Under the pieces are notes generated by a model. The model was given only the letters and a program-made list of their open reading frames with translations. It was not told the DNA's origin and ran no database searches. From Nanobdellota archaeon (GTDB lineage Archaea > Nanobdellota > Nanobdellia > Tiddalikarchaeales > Tiddalikarchaeaceae), in NCBI GenBank assembly GCA_016931175.1, contig JAFGFH010000022.1, positions 17,527 through 81,526 on the forward strand: 64,000 nt of DNA, in the 5' to 3' direction. The translations under genes were made by a program, and so were the position numbers. Of this stretch, positions 38,933 to 47,611 are shown one piece after another. Each line of letters starts with the position of its first letter. The stretch's first letter is position 1.

Positions 38933-39062
38933 ATTCTTTAGAGTATTATTTAATTCACAAAAACCTATTATAAAACTATCGCATCAAAACTTGATTAAAT
39001 CCTCTAAGACTGAACCCAAACATTACCTTTAAAAACAGCTTATTTCTTTTTAAACCTTTCTA

Positions 39063-39884
39063 TTAATAGAATAAAACATTACAATTAGGGTTTAGATTTG
39101 ACAATATCTCAGATGCTTTCTTATCTTCCTTGAATCTTTTTGGCACACTTAAATGTTCCAAGTTCTTAAGCTTAGCTAAGCCTTCTGGGAGAGTGGTTAA
39201 ATAATTATTATTTTTAAGTTGAAAGATTTTTAGATTAACGAGATTACCAATAGTTTCAGGAATTGTTTTTAAAGATGTACATCTAATATCTAGTTCTTGC
39301 AAGTTAATCAAATTACCAATACTATCAGGAATCTTCTCTAAATTATAATATGATTTCATAGTGCCACGACCATTACCACAAGTAACACCTAATACCTTTA
39401 GTTGAGTTAGTTGCCCTATCTCTTCAGGAAGTTCTTTAATATTCCCCATTTCTATAAGTTCTAAATCCTCTAAAGATTCGGATTTAAATAATGATTTTGG
39501 CAAGTAATAAGGATTATGCAAGAAAATAATTTTTAAATGAGTTAATTTAGGTATATATTCTAGTTTGTCTTCTAATTGTAAACAATCTTTTTTTACCTCT
39601 AATTTGGTTATAAAACCGTTCTCTACACTAATTCCTACAGGTTTTTTAAACCAACCTCCCGTAGTTGGGTCGTATCTGCCTATATCTTTCAGACTAAAGC
39701 CATTGTAATAAAGTATGTTAAGTAAAATCTTGTATTCAGAGACTCGTAATGGATAATTAAATTTATCAATATTATCAATTTCAATCCTCATAGTTGGATT
39801 CTTCTGTTCAAAATAGCAAGGACCTGCATTATCTAAAGGAGGTATTTGCATGCTTTGGCTTTTACCTTGGTTGCGACTCATCAT
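39063..39884 (-). CDS. Leucine-rich repeat (LRR) protein
   Basis: 273 aa. C-terminal half is consecutive ~23-aa LxxLxxLxLxxNxL repeats (IGNLINLQELDIRCTSLKTIPETIGNLVNLKIFQLKNN...). Confidence 0.75.
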   Translation of the reverse strand: MMSRNQGKSQSMQIPPLDNAGPCYFEQKNPTMRIEIDNIDKFNYPLRVSEYKILLNILYYNGFSLKDIGRYDPTTGGWFKKPVGISVENGFITKLEVKKDCLQLEDKLEYIPKLTHLKIIFLHNPYYLPKSLFKSESLEDLELIEMGNIKELPEEIGQLTQLKVLGVTCGNGRGTMKSYYNLEKIPDSIGNLINLQELDIRCTSLKTIPETIGNLVNLKIFQLKNNNYLTTLPEGLAKLKNLEHLSVPKRFKEDKKASEILSNLNPNCNVLFY

Positions 39885-39928
39885 GCTGATTAGAGATAAA
39901 ATACTTTTTAAACCTTTCGATTTAATAT

Positions 39929-40312
39929 TTAGTAGAACTCTTTATCTTCCTTGTCGTCTTCAAAGAGGCTGAACTTTCTCTCAACGTCGTCTATCATAAC
40001 ATCACATTCCGCTTTTATCTTGTTCAAATTAGCTAATAATCTCTCTTTTTCAACCTCTAAACTCTTCAAGTCCTTAAAAGGCTGAACTGCTTTCTTGAAC
40101 ATGTCAAACTCTATGTAAACGTAGGGCTCTTTTGATAATTTCTTGCATATGTCAACACATATATCTTCCAGGAACTTGTTCATTGCAATCTTAACTCTTT
40201 TCTTAATCATCCTGTCCTTAGGCAGGTTATTCTTCATTAATCTAACAACTTCTGCGTTCGCGAATGCAAGATTTACGTCATCTGCTTCGTTATCTTCTTC
40301 TTCCTTTTCCAT
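39929..40312 (-). CDS. Hypothetical acidic coiled-coil protein (127 aa)
   Basis: Clean ORF. No motif recognised. Confidence 0.4.
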   Translation of the reverse strand: MEKEEEDNEADDVNLAFANAEVVRLMKNNLPKDRMIKKRVKIAMNKFLEDICVDICKKLSKEPYVYIEFDMFKKAVQPFKDLKSLEVEKERLLANLNKIKAECDVMIDDVERKFSLFEDDKEDKEFY

Positions 40313-40348
40313 AACTAAGTAGAATCTTTCATGTTTTAAAAAGCTTAT

Positions 40349-41293
40349 TCATTTCTTATAAGCTACGTAAATGTCCGCGTCCAGCATTACACCGTCTTCT
40401 ATAAAATGGTGCGCAAAGTATATATTGCCTTCATTGTCAAGGCTTGGCTCTGCAGCGAATTGTTGAATAATTAATTCAGGCACGCTCCAAGTATTGTTCT
40501 CTTGCGATATAGACCTATAGATTGCAGGGCTGCCGCTCGTCCATCTTAAAAACCACAACTCCTGCTCATCCTCTGACAAGTAAGGCCAGCCTTCAGTAAA
40601 CTCAGTGTTTAACTCTTCAAGATTAACTGGCTCGCTCCAGCTGCTGTTTACTAAACTCGTCTCGTACAAGTCGTAGCCGCCCTTACCTCCTTCCGCGTCA
40701 CTATGGTAATAAACAGTGCTCCAGTCATTATTGACGTGCAACTCGCCAACCCTGTAAGACTCTGGAAAATCAATCAATTCAAAATTAGTCCACTCCCTGC
40801 CGTAATATTCCGCGCTGAACCAGTGCAGTCCTTCGTAACCTTCTCTTGCACTGCAGACCCAGATAATATTATCTTGCACGAACTGGCAGCCGTCAAGACT
40901 CAATACGCCAAATGGTGCGAGCCATAATCGTTCAGGCTCTGTCCAAGTGCCGTTATCTAACAATGTTGATTTGTAAACACCTGTAACGCCGTCAATCACC
41001 TGCTTTTGCACGGGTTTGCTGACATCAGGTGTGAAGAAGAAGTATAATGTCTTGCCGTCAGGAGTTATGAAAGGACTGTCCTCACCTCCTCTTGTATTAA
41101 CAGGGTAGGGCAAAGGCACTGGCTCTTCATAATCACTGCTAATTAAAATAGGAGGGTACATATCAGTCTCAGGAGTTTTTTTAACAACCTCTCCAGGAAT
41201 CAGCGAGTACCTGTCAACAACTGAGTGCTGCTGAGTGCATCCTGCTATTAATAATACAATAAATAAGAAGTGCAACTTATTCATTAATTTCAT
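40349..41293 (-). CDS. Lipoprotein with TolB-like (PD40/WD40-like beta-propeller) repeats
   Basis: Signal peptide with lipobox-like LIAGC, then repeated PDGKTLYFF / GSPAIYRS-type PD40-like blades. Confidence 0.55.
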   Translation of the reverse strand: MKLMNKLHFLFIVLLIAGCTQQHSVVDRYSLIPGEVVKKTPETDMYPPILISSDYEEPVPLPYPVNTRGGEDSPFITPDGKTLYFFFTPDVSKPVQKQVIDGVTGVYKSTLLDNGTWTEPERLWLAPFGVLSLDGCQFVQDNIIWVCSAREGYEGLHWFSAEYYGREWTNFELIDFPESYRVGELHVNNDWSTVYYHSDAEGGKGGYDLYETSLVNSSWSEPVNLEELNTEFTEGWPYLSEDEQELWFLRWTSGSPAIYRSISQENNTWSVPELIIQQFAAEPSLDNEGNIYFAHHFIEDGVMLDADIYVAYKK

Positions 41294-41331
41294 ATAAGAT
41301 GTTAGTTATTATTTAATATTTCCTTTAAGAT

Positions 41332-41775
41332 TTATTTTCCAAACTTCGGCAAAAACATTCCTGTCTTTTTCATGTACTCTTTGTAGCCCTTCATTTTCTT
41401 GATTAATAGTTCTTCTTCAAGCTTTGCTCTATAGTAAAAGAAAGGCAAGATTATAACAGTGGTTGCTATTAGTCCAATCCATGACATGAAGGTTAAGCAG
41501 AGCCCGTAATAAGCTATCATTAATCCCAAATACATCGGGTGTCTTACGTATTTGAAGAAGCCTGAATCAACTAGTTTAGTGCTTTTAATCTTAATGCTCC
41601 AAGCACTCTTCATAACGTACAAGTTATAACCATATATTAACTCGCCAACTACTACTATGATGAAGAATTCTAATCTCAAATCCCTCATGGTTGACAATAT
41701 TAATAGTATGACTGCGAAACCTATTAATAAAGAAGACCAGTCTCCTCCAATAATCTTCCTTAATATTTTATTCAT
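41332..41775 (-). CDS. Isoprenylcysteine carboxyl methyltransferase (ICMT)/phospholipid methyltransferase-family membrane protein
   Basis: 147 aa, 3-4 TM. Signature RHPMYLG motif and C-terminal EE..L...G.EY..Y...TG.F.P. Confidence 0.75.
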   Translation of the reverse strand: MNKILRKIIGGDWSSLLIGFAVILLILSTMRDLRLEFFIIVVVGELIYGYNLYVMKSAWSIKIKSTKLVDSGFFKYVRHPMYLGLMIAYYGLCLTFMSWIGLIATTVIILPFFYYRAKLEEELLIKKMKGYKEYMKKTGMFLPKFGK

Positions 41776-42596
41776 ACATTCTTCCTCATAGGTATAGCAA
41801 GCTCTATCTTGTTCTTCTTAAATAATGTGGCCACGCTTTTTATAACTTCCTTCTTTGCCTTTGAAAAGTCTTCAGCACCAACCCAGAACCTTAGTGTTAA
41901 TACAACCATGTATTCTTTAATATCATTAACGAAGGCATCAATACCTCTGTCAATTAAAGCACATTCCATACTATTTGCTATTTCTTTGAGTATTTCCAGG
42001 GCCTTGTCTATGTCCGCATCCTTGCTAACAGTAATACTAAAATTAATAAGCCTCTCTTTCTGGTGCGAGTAATTAGATAATGGTTTTGAAATTACTAAAG
42101 AATTAGGCAGGTTGGTTACAACCCCTTCATAGTCCACAATGCTTGTATAATAAAGGGAGACTCTGGTTACTGTGCCTTTATACTTTTCATCTATGCTTAT
42201 GCTGTCCCCTTCTATGAAAGGCTGGTTCAATTTTATTAATATCCCGCTTATCATATTGGAAGCTATTTCTTTAACTGCGAATCCTATGACTATACCAATT
42301 ACTCCTGCTGCTGTAAGGGCTGTGTAAATAATGCTCGTCAGCTCTAACACATATAATGTTAATGTTATTGCTATTATGTAAACGCACATATCGGCTATGT
42401 CATCAACTAGGTTAAACCTTCTCCTGGTTACTCCTAATTTCTTAAATAAAGGCCAGAAGTTCTTAACAATTATTTTGTCAAATTTTTTAGTAAAAATCCT
42501 TGCAATAATCCATATAACTGCAACCATGGATAGTTTTATTAGTATGTTCATAACGTTTTGTTCAAGCCATAACTGGATTATTGTAAAGTCTAACAT
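41772..42596 (-). CDS. Small-conductance mechanosensitive channel (MscS family)
   Basis: 274 aa, three N-terminal TM helices then the MscS beta-domain (FIEGDSISIDEKYKGTVTRVSLYYTSIVDYEGVVTNLPNS). Confidence 0.85.
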   Translation of the reverse strand: MLDFTIIQLWLEQNVMNILIKLSMVAVIWIIARIFTKKFDKIIVKNFWPLFKKLGVTRRRFNLVDDIADMCVYIIAITLTLYVLELTSIIYTALTAAGVIGIVIGFAVKEIASNMISGILIKLNQPFIEGDSISIDEKYKGTVTRVSLYYTSIVDYEGVVTNLPNSLVISKPLSNYSHQKERLINFSITVSKDADIDKALEILKEIANSMECALIDRGIDAFVNDIKEYMVVLTLRFWVGAEDFSKAKKEVIKSVATLFKKNKIELAIPMRKNV

Positions 42597-42645
42597 GGTT
42601 TTTAGTATCTAATTGCAGTATAAATATTTAATGGCGCAGGCTTGT

Positions 42646-43710
42646 TTAGAAAATTTTCTTCTTCAAGTCAACAGCCTTATACCTGCATAGTTCGTGGCAG
42701 CAGTAACACCTGATGCATTTATTATAATCAACCACTGCTTTATCTTTGATGTTGATTGCTTTAACAGGGCACGCCCGCACGCAGTCCCCGCACTTAATGC
42801 ACTTATTATTCATAACAGGTATTTCAAGCCAGTAATTACTTATTATATTTTTAATGAAAGCAGGAGCGAAGTTCCAAACCTTCCTTAAGAAAGAAGAGGA
42901 TGGTTTTTCAAACATAGTCCTGTAATCCGAGAAGCTAATACTGTTCTTGTTGAACAATTTCTTGGCTAAGGCCACATTCAAGTAGGGAATAGTAGTATAA
43001 TCAATTCCTATAATCTTGGAGATGTTATAATCCACTTCGAAACAATTATCTCCTGCAATTATTAAACCCAGCTTCTTTGTTTTGCCGTTGCTTGGTCCTT
43101 GCCCTTCCATGCCTAAGACTGCATCAACTATGTTAAGAGTGGGTTTAATGATTTCTGCCAGTTCAACAAGCATTTTTGAGAAGTCGTTAACGTCTTTGAA
43201 CCTCGCATGGTAAGAGACTTTATCGCCTCCAGGTATTAATCCGAAAAGGTTCTTGGTTGCGCACGAAACTGTGCATAACATGTGCGTTTTAATTTTTGGA
43301 AGGTTTATTATTTTATCAACTTTTTTAAGCACGGATAATAATTTGTATTTTTTAAGAAAACCTTCAGGATTCTTCATGTCATAACTGCTAACGTCATAGT
43401 TTAGAACTGCTCCTTTAATATTCATTCCGCACTCTTTGTACAATTTCTCCAAAACTTTCTCGTTCAAAGCTCCTCCAGGAGTGTCTGCAATTATAACCTC
43501 TGCACCTATATTATTAAGCTCTTTAACGACTGCCTTAACTATGGATGGGTGGGTTGTTATGTTCTTATCAGGATTTGCAGGAAATAAAAGGTTAGGTTTC
43601 AAGAGAACTTTGTCTTTTTTACTTATGTAATTTTTAAGATTAACAACTTGTTTTAAAGCTCTGCTCACATCTCTTGTGTTGTAAGAACTGCACTTAACCA
43701 ATTTGAACAT
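42646..43710 (-). CDS. DUF362 domain protein fused to a 2x[4Fe-4S] ferredoxin domain
   Basis: 354 aa. C-terminal CIKCGDCVRACP and CIRCYCCHELCRY cluster motifs. The N-terminal ~270 aa match the DUF362 pattern. Confidence 0.75.
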   Translation of the reverse strand: MFKLVKCSSYNTRDVSRALKQVVNLKNYISKKDKVLLKPNLLFPANPDKNITTHPSIVKAVVKELNNIGAEVIIADTPGGALNEKVLEKLYKECGMNIKGAVLNYDVSSYDMKNPEGFLKKYKLLSVLKKVDKIINLPKIKTHMLCTVSCATKNLFGLIPGGDKVSYHARFKDVNDFSKMLVELAEIIKPTLNIVDAVLGMEGQGPSNGKTKKLGLIIAGDNCFEVDYNISKIIGIDYTTIPYLNVALAKKLFNKNSISFSDYRTMFEKPSSSFLRKVWNFAPAFIKNIISNYWLEIPVMNNKCIKCGDCVRACPVKAINIKDKAVVDYNKCIRCYCCHELCRYKAVDLKKKIF

Positions 43711-43793
43711 ATTTTAATCCTATTACTTCTTGCTTTTAAAACAGTTGCTATATTTGTAAAGATTTATTAAAATACTAAGCCTTTTATTATAAT

Positions 43794-44246
43794 ATGATAA
43801 TTGATGACAAGGACAAAACCTTGGTTAATTCACTAATAAGAGATGGCAGGATTAGTCTTGACAAGTTAAGCAAGGAGTTAAAACTTCCTGTTTCAACGGT
43901 TCATAAAAGGCTTAAGAATCTTGAAAAGAAGGGTTTGGTTAAAGGTTACTCTCCTGTTATTGATTATAAAATGCTTGGTTACAACATTATCTTGTTTATA
44001 CTTATTGACTTGGTTGAGAGTTTAGAGAGGGCTGAGACAATAAAAGCTCTTAAGAAGATTCAGAATATTATTGAAATCGATTCTCTTCAGGGAAGCGATT
44101 TTGACATTATCATAAAGGCGAGGTGCAGAGACTTAAGTGAAGTTGATAAATTGTTAAAAGAAGTTATGAATATTAAGGGTATTGAAGAGGTTGACAGCAT
44201 GGTTTCAGGAATAAGTGAGAAGGAGAGTTTAACTTTTAAGATTTAA
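43794..44246 (+). CDS. Lrp/AsnC-family transcriptional regulator
   Basis: 150 aa. N-terminal HTH (LDKTLVNSLIRDGRISLDKLSKELKLPVSTVHKRLKNLEKKGLVKGY) and C-terminal RAM-like domain. Confidence 0.85.
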   Translation: MIIDDKDKTLVNSLIRDGRISLDKLSKELKLPVSTVHKRLKNLEKKGLVKGYSPVIDYKMLGYNIILFILIDLVESLERAETIKALKKIQNIIEIDSLQGSDFDIIIKARCRDLSEVDKLLKEVMNIKGIEEVDSMVSGISEKESLTFKI

Positions 44247-44438
44247 TCAAACCCTTCTAAGTCTTTGGACAAAGTATTTAAACACTAATTGATATTAATA
44301 GCATTAATATTGATTGAGGTAATCAAAAACTCATAAACTGTTCTGAAAAAAAATTATACCATGTTTATGACAAGTTCTGTAAAAAAAAATTCATGCTCAA
44401 ATTCATTTTCACTAATAATTTGAGGGAGGGGGGATAAG

Positions 44439-44498
44439 ATGGCAAAGACAAAAAAGGCAGCACCTAAGAAGGGTAAAAAACCAGCAGCAAAGAATTAA
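44439..44498 (+). CDS. Possible 19-aa Lys-rich micropeptide (MAKTKKAAPKKGKKPAAKN)
   Basis: Tiny ORF. The only support is a strong GGAGGGGGG Shine-Dalgarno-like motif 4-8 nt upstream of the ATG, inside a 500-nt intergenic gap. Confidence 0.2.
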   Translation: MAKTKKAAPKKGKKPAAKN

Positions 44499-44745
44499 TT
44501 ACATTCAAATGAGAATCGTCTCATAAAAAGTGTTTGTTTTTTCATTTTTTTTATCTATTACATCAAAGAAGGTGGTTTTGTATCAAGAAAAAGTCTAACA
44601 TTATGGAAGAAGCCGAGAAGTTTTACGAAGAAAACCCTGAACTATACGAGGAAATTGTTGAGGACAGCGACGAAAAATCTTCCAAGTTTAAAAAAGAAGA
44701 TTAACAGATAAGGTTTTTAAAGCATTAGAAGGGATTAATTTAATT

Positions 44746-46710
44746 ATGCACAGTGTAGTTGCAAGTTTTACTCTAATATGTTTAGCTGTGCTGGTTTTTT
44801 ACGCTTTCTATTTAGACGTATACTTGGAGGGTAATAATTTTTTCAACACCCCTGGCTCTATTTTGAAGATAATTGATATCAGCGGGAATAGTTTTATAGT
44901 TTATAATCCAAGTGAAGAGGTTGTTGAAGAAGTATTTGTTAAAATAGATGATATACTGGTTGATTTAACCCTTTTTGAACCATTGCAGCCGATGGAAGCG
45001 GTTAGTATTGATTTCAGCCAGAGTTTTTTCAAAGGCGTTAATAGTGAACTATCTGTTGTTCCTGCTGAAAGCAGTATTATAAACTCTTATAACAAATCTT
45101 CTTATCTCTATTATAATAATTTATGCAATGATGGCAATTACTGCACCAGGGATTATTATTTTAATGAATCATGCAGTTATGAATATTTAAGCAATGGTTC
45201 ATGGTTCGGTTGTTACGACACTGTAGGGTGCAGTGATAATGGCTTGGGTGAATTGGACTGCTCTTGTATTAATGGAGTATGCACTGATTCTTGCGGCAAT
45301 AATGTTTGTGAATCCTGGGAGAATAGTATAACTTGTTTGAATGACTGCAATAATTGCAGAGAATCTGCCAGCAACTGCTTGAGTCCGAACGTATGGTTTT
45401 ACGGCGGTGTTGAAACTAGTGACGGGTTTTATTGCGCTTGCTGCGGTGATGACGGGTTTTTGGATAATTTCACTAATGGCAGTTTCATTTGTTCTAGAGG
45501 AAAAACTTTCACTGATGCTGATGAAAACAAACTTGCCTGCGAATTTATGGGTTTTAAATGGGCTGTTTTTAACAATATTAATTATACTAGTGTAATAACT
45601 GTTTCTAACTTTTTCAGCAGGGCTTACAGCATTCATGTTGCAGACGTTGACGGTGACGGAGACATGGATATTATAGGCTCTAATCTATATAGTGAGATTG
45701 GATGGTGGAGGAATGACGGGAATAATACTTGGACTCCTAATCTTGTTTCAAGCTCTTATTCCAGCCCTTATGATGTTAATAGCGGAGACATGGACGGTGA
45801 CGGGGACATAGATATTATTGCAGTGTCTGAAAGCACTGATAAGGTGATTTTGTTTGAGAATCTTAATGGTGTTGGTACCAGCTGGAGCGAGTTAGTTGTT
45901 TATAACATGCTTGACGGCGCTTCAAGTGTTCAAATTGCTGACCTTGACAAGGACGGGGACATGGATATTATAAGCGGTGCTTTGAACGGGAACAGAATAG
46001 CCTGGTTTGAGAATCTTCACGGCTGGGGCGCGACTTGGGAGGTTAAATTCATTGACAATCTTTTCACAGGAACGCGCAACATAATAGTTGAAGATATTAA
46101 CAAGGATAATAATCTTGACGTTATCAGCGCGAGCGAGTTCACTGACAGGATAGTGTGGTGGACTTATAACGGCAGCGAGTGGATTAGAAAATTGATAAGT
46201 GATGATTTTAACGGTGTTAAAAGCATTGCTTTAGGAGACTTGGATGATGATGGAGACTTGGATATTGTAGCCAACTCTTATTACGATAATTACGTTGCCT
46301 GGCTTGAAAATATTAACAATTGCGAGAGCTGGGTTAAGCATGTTATTAACAATAATGCTGTTAATTACATTGGTTTAAGTGTTAATGATTTAGATTTAGA
46401 CGGGGATTTAGATATCTTAGCAACTTCCCAAGGAGACATGAAATTAATTGTATTATTGAATGAAGAGGGAGAATTTGTTGAGAATATTATTTCTAATAAT
46501 TTTCCTGACTCCTTCGAAATATCATCTGCTGATTTTGACAAAGACGGGGACTTAGAGATTATGTCTGCTTCTTACACTCTAGCAACTATTTCAATATGGG
46601 ATAATAATGCAATAACTGGAGTTAATGGTCCTTGCTGCGGTGATGACCATTCCTTAGACAATTTTAACAGTTCAGCAAGTTCTTGCATTAATGGTGTTTT
46701 AGTTTCCTAA
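44746..46710 (+). CDS. Membrane-anchored Cys-rich protein with seven FG-GAP (integrin-alpha-type, Ca-binding DxDxDG) beta-propeller repeats
   Basis: 654 aa. N-terminal TM helix, a ~200-aa Cys-rich segment, then 7 repeats of hydrophobic-DhDxDGDhDIIh...WW/WF-NxG (ADVDGDGDMDIIGS..., GDMDGDGDIDIIAV..., ADLDKDGDMDIISG..., GDLDDDGDLDIVAN..., NDLDLDGDLDILAT..., ADFDKDGDLEIMSA...). Confidence 0.75.
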   Translation: MHSVVASFTLICLAVLVFYAFYLDVYLEGNNFFNTPGSILKIIDISGNSFIVYNPSEEVVEEVFVKIDDILVDLTLFEPLQPMEAVSIDFSQSFFKGVNSELSVVPAESSIINSYNKSSYLYYNNLCNDGNYCTRDYYFNESCSYEYLSNGSWFGCYDTVGCSDNGLGELDCSCINGVCTDSCGNNVCESWENSITCLNDCNNCRESASNCLSPNVWFYGGVETSDGFYCACCGDDGFLDNFTNGSFICSRGKTFTDADENKLACEFMGFKWAVFNNINYTSVITVSNFFSRAYSIHVADVDGDGDMDIIGSNLYSEIGWWRNDGNNTWTPNLVSSSYSSPYDVNSGDMDGDGDIDIIAVSESTDKVILFENLNGVGTSWSELVVYNMLDGASSVQIADLDKDGDMDIISGALNGNRIAWFENLHGWGATWEVKFIDNLFTGTRNIIVEDINKDNNLDVISASEFTDRIVWWTYNGSEWIRKLISDDFNGVKSIALGDLDDDGDLDIVANSYYDNYVAWLENINNCESWVKHVINNNAVNYIGLSVNDLDLDGDLDILATSQGDMKLIVLLNEEGEFVENIISNNFPDSFEISSADFDKDGDLEIMSASYTLATISIWDNNAITGVNGPCCGDDHSLDNFNSSASSCINGVLVS

Positions 46711-46983
46711 TTCTTTCTCTACTTCTTTCTTTCCTTTTTCTAATTCCGTTACCTGCTGCTTGTCAAGTCTTAATAAAAGTGTTTGGAATTCGCCGACGTG
46801 CGTCTTTTCTTCCTTAGCTATGTCTAACAATATTTCTTTTATGTCTTTGTTTTCAGTCATAGCTGCCATCTGCTCGTACAAATTTACCGCGTCGAGTTCA
46901 GCAATTATTCCAGCTCTTAATATTTCTGTGTCTATATTTTCCTTGTTAACTTTCTTTAAATCAATTGGTATTTGTGATAACAT
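46699..46983 (-). CDS. Small ferritin-like (encapsulated-ferritin/rubrerythrin-like) protein
   Basis: 94 aa. Helical, with an ExxH-type di-iron motif pattern (ELDAVNLYEQ ... EEKTHVGEF) as seen in EncFtn-like ferritin-like proteins. No encapsulin shell gene nearby. Confidence 0.5.
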   Translation of the reverse strand: MLSQIPIDLKKVNKENIDTEILRAGIIAELDAVNLYEQMAAMTENKDIKEILLDIAKEEKTHVGEFQTLLLRLDKQQVTELEKGKKEVEKELGN

Positions 46984-47008
46984 AAATAGAAATAAGTATG
47001 GCTTATTT

Positions 47009-47287
47009 TTATTTCTTTTCTATCCTAATGGCTTTGCCTTTTATTAAAGCATTGGCTATTTTTTTCCTTGCGTTCTTTAATATCCTGAATAGTGTAGACT
47101 GGGAGACGTTCATTTTTTCCGAAGCCTCTTCCTGTTTCATTCCTTCTGCGTCGCATAAACGAAGCGCTTCCAGCTCATCAATCTCTAATACCTCTTCCTC
47201 TAAGCTTCTTATAGGAACCCCTGCTGGTTTATAATAAGTCACTTCAGGATTGAATCTTACAAACCTGCTTCTTTGAGGCCTTACCAT
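47009..47287 (-). CDS. DUF134/UPF0251-family predicted DNA-binding protein (sigma-70 region-4-like HTH)
   Basis: 92 aa. Conserved DUF134 pattern ([13 protein letters not shown]...[39 protein letters not shown]). Confidence 0.72.
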   Translation of the reverse strand: MVRPQRSRFVRFNPEVTYYKPAGVPIRSLEEEVLEIDELEALRLCDAEGMKQEEASEKMNVSQSTLFRILKNARKKIANALIKGKAIRIEKK

Positions 47288-47288
47288 A

Positions 47289-47486
47289 TTAATCCTCTAG
47301 TTCTTTAAGCCTTTTATTTATTTCTTCTCTTTCAGATTCAAGCATTTCCTTCTCATCTTTTTTTGTTATGCTTCTTGTCAATCTGAAGCGTCCGAATCCT
47401 CTGCGCATTCCCTTTCCGCAGGGACCCATTCCTCTTCCAGTCATTGGGCCTCTCCCATTAGGTCCTGTTCCGTCAAATCCTGGCAT
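47289..47486 (-). CDS. DUF5320-family small protein
   Basis: 65 aa. Gly/Pro-rich N-terminus ([24 protein letters not shown]), helical C-terminus. This family commonly sits next to DUF134, as here. Confidence 0.55.
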   Translation of the reverse strand: MPGFDGTGPNGRGPMTGRGMGPCGKGMRRGFGRFRLTRSITKKDEKEMLESEREEINKRLKELED

Positions 47487-47611
47487 AATACCACCTCCAT
47501 TATGAATTATTATTCACAATATGCGCTTATAAATGTTTCGAATTATAATTCACAACTCTTACTATTAATTAGTGCTAAATCACATTTATAAAAAACAGTT
47601 AAATCCAATAC

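Noticed and set aside
45199-45636. 145-aa minus-strand ORF inside the FG-GAP gene
   Set aside because: It is antisense to a gene with clear repeat/domain structure, with nothing to support it independently.
46699-46983. Possibility that the small ferritin-like protein marks an encapsulin nanocompartment locus
   Set aside because: No HK97-fold shell protein of ~270 aa is adjacent. The neighbours are the FG-GAP protein and DUF134. It is treated as a free-standing ferritin-like protein.
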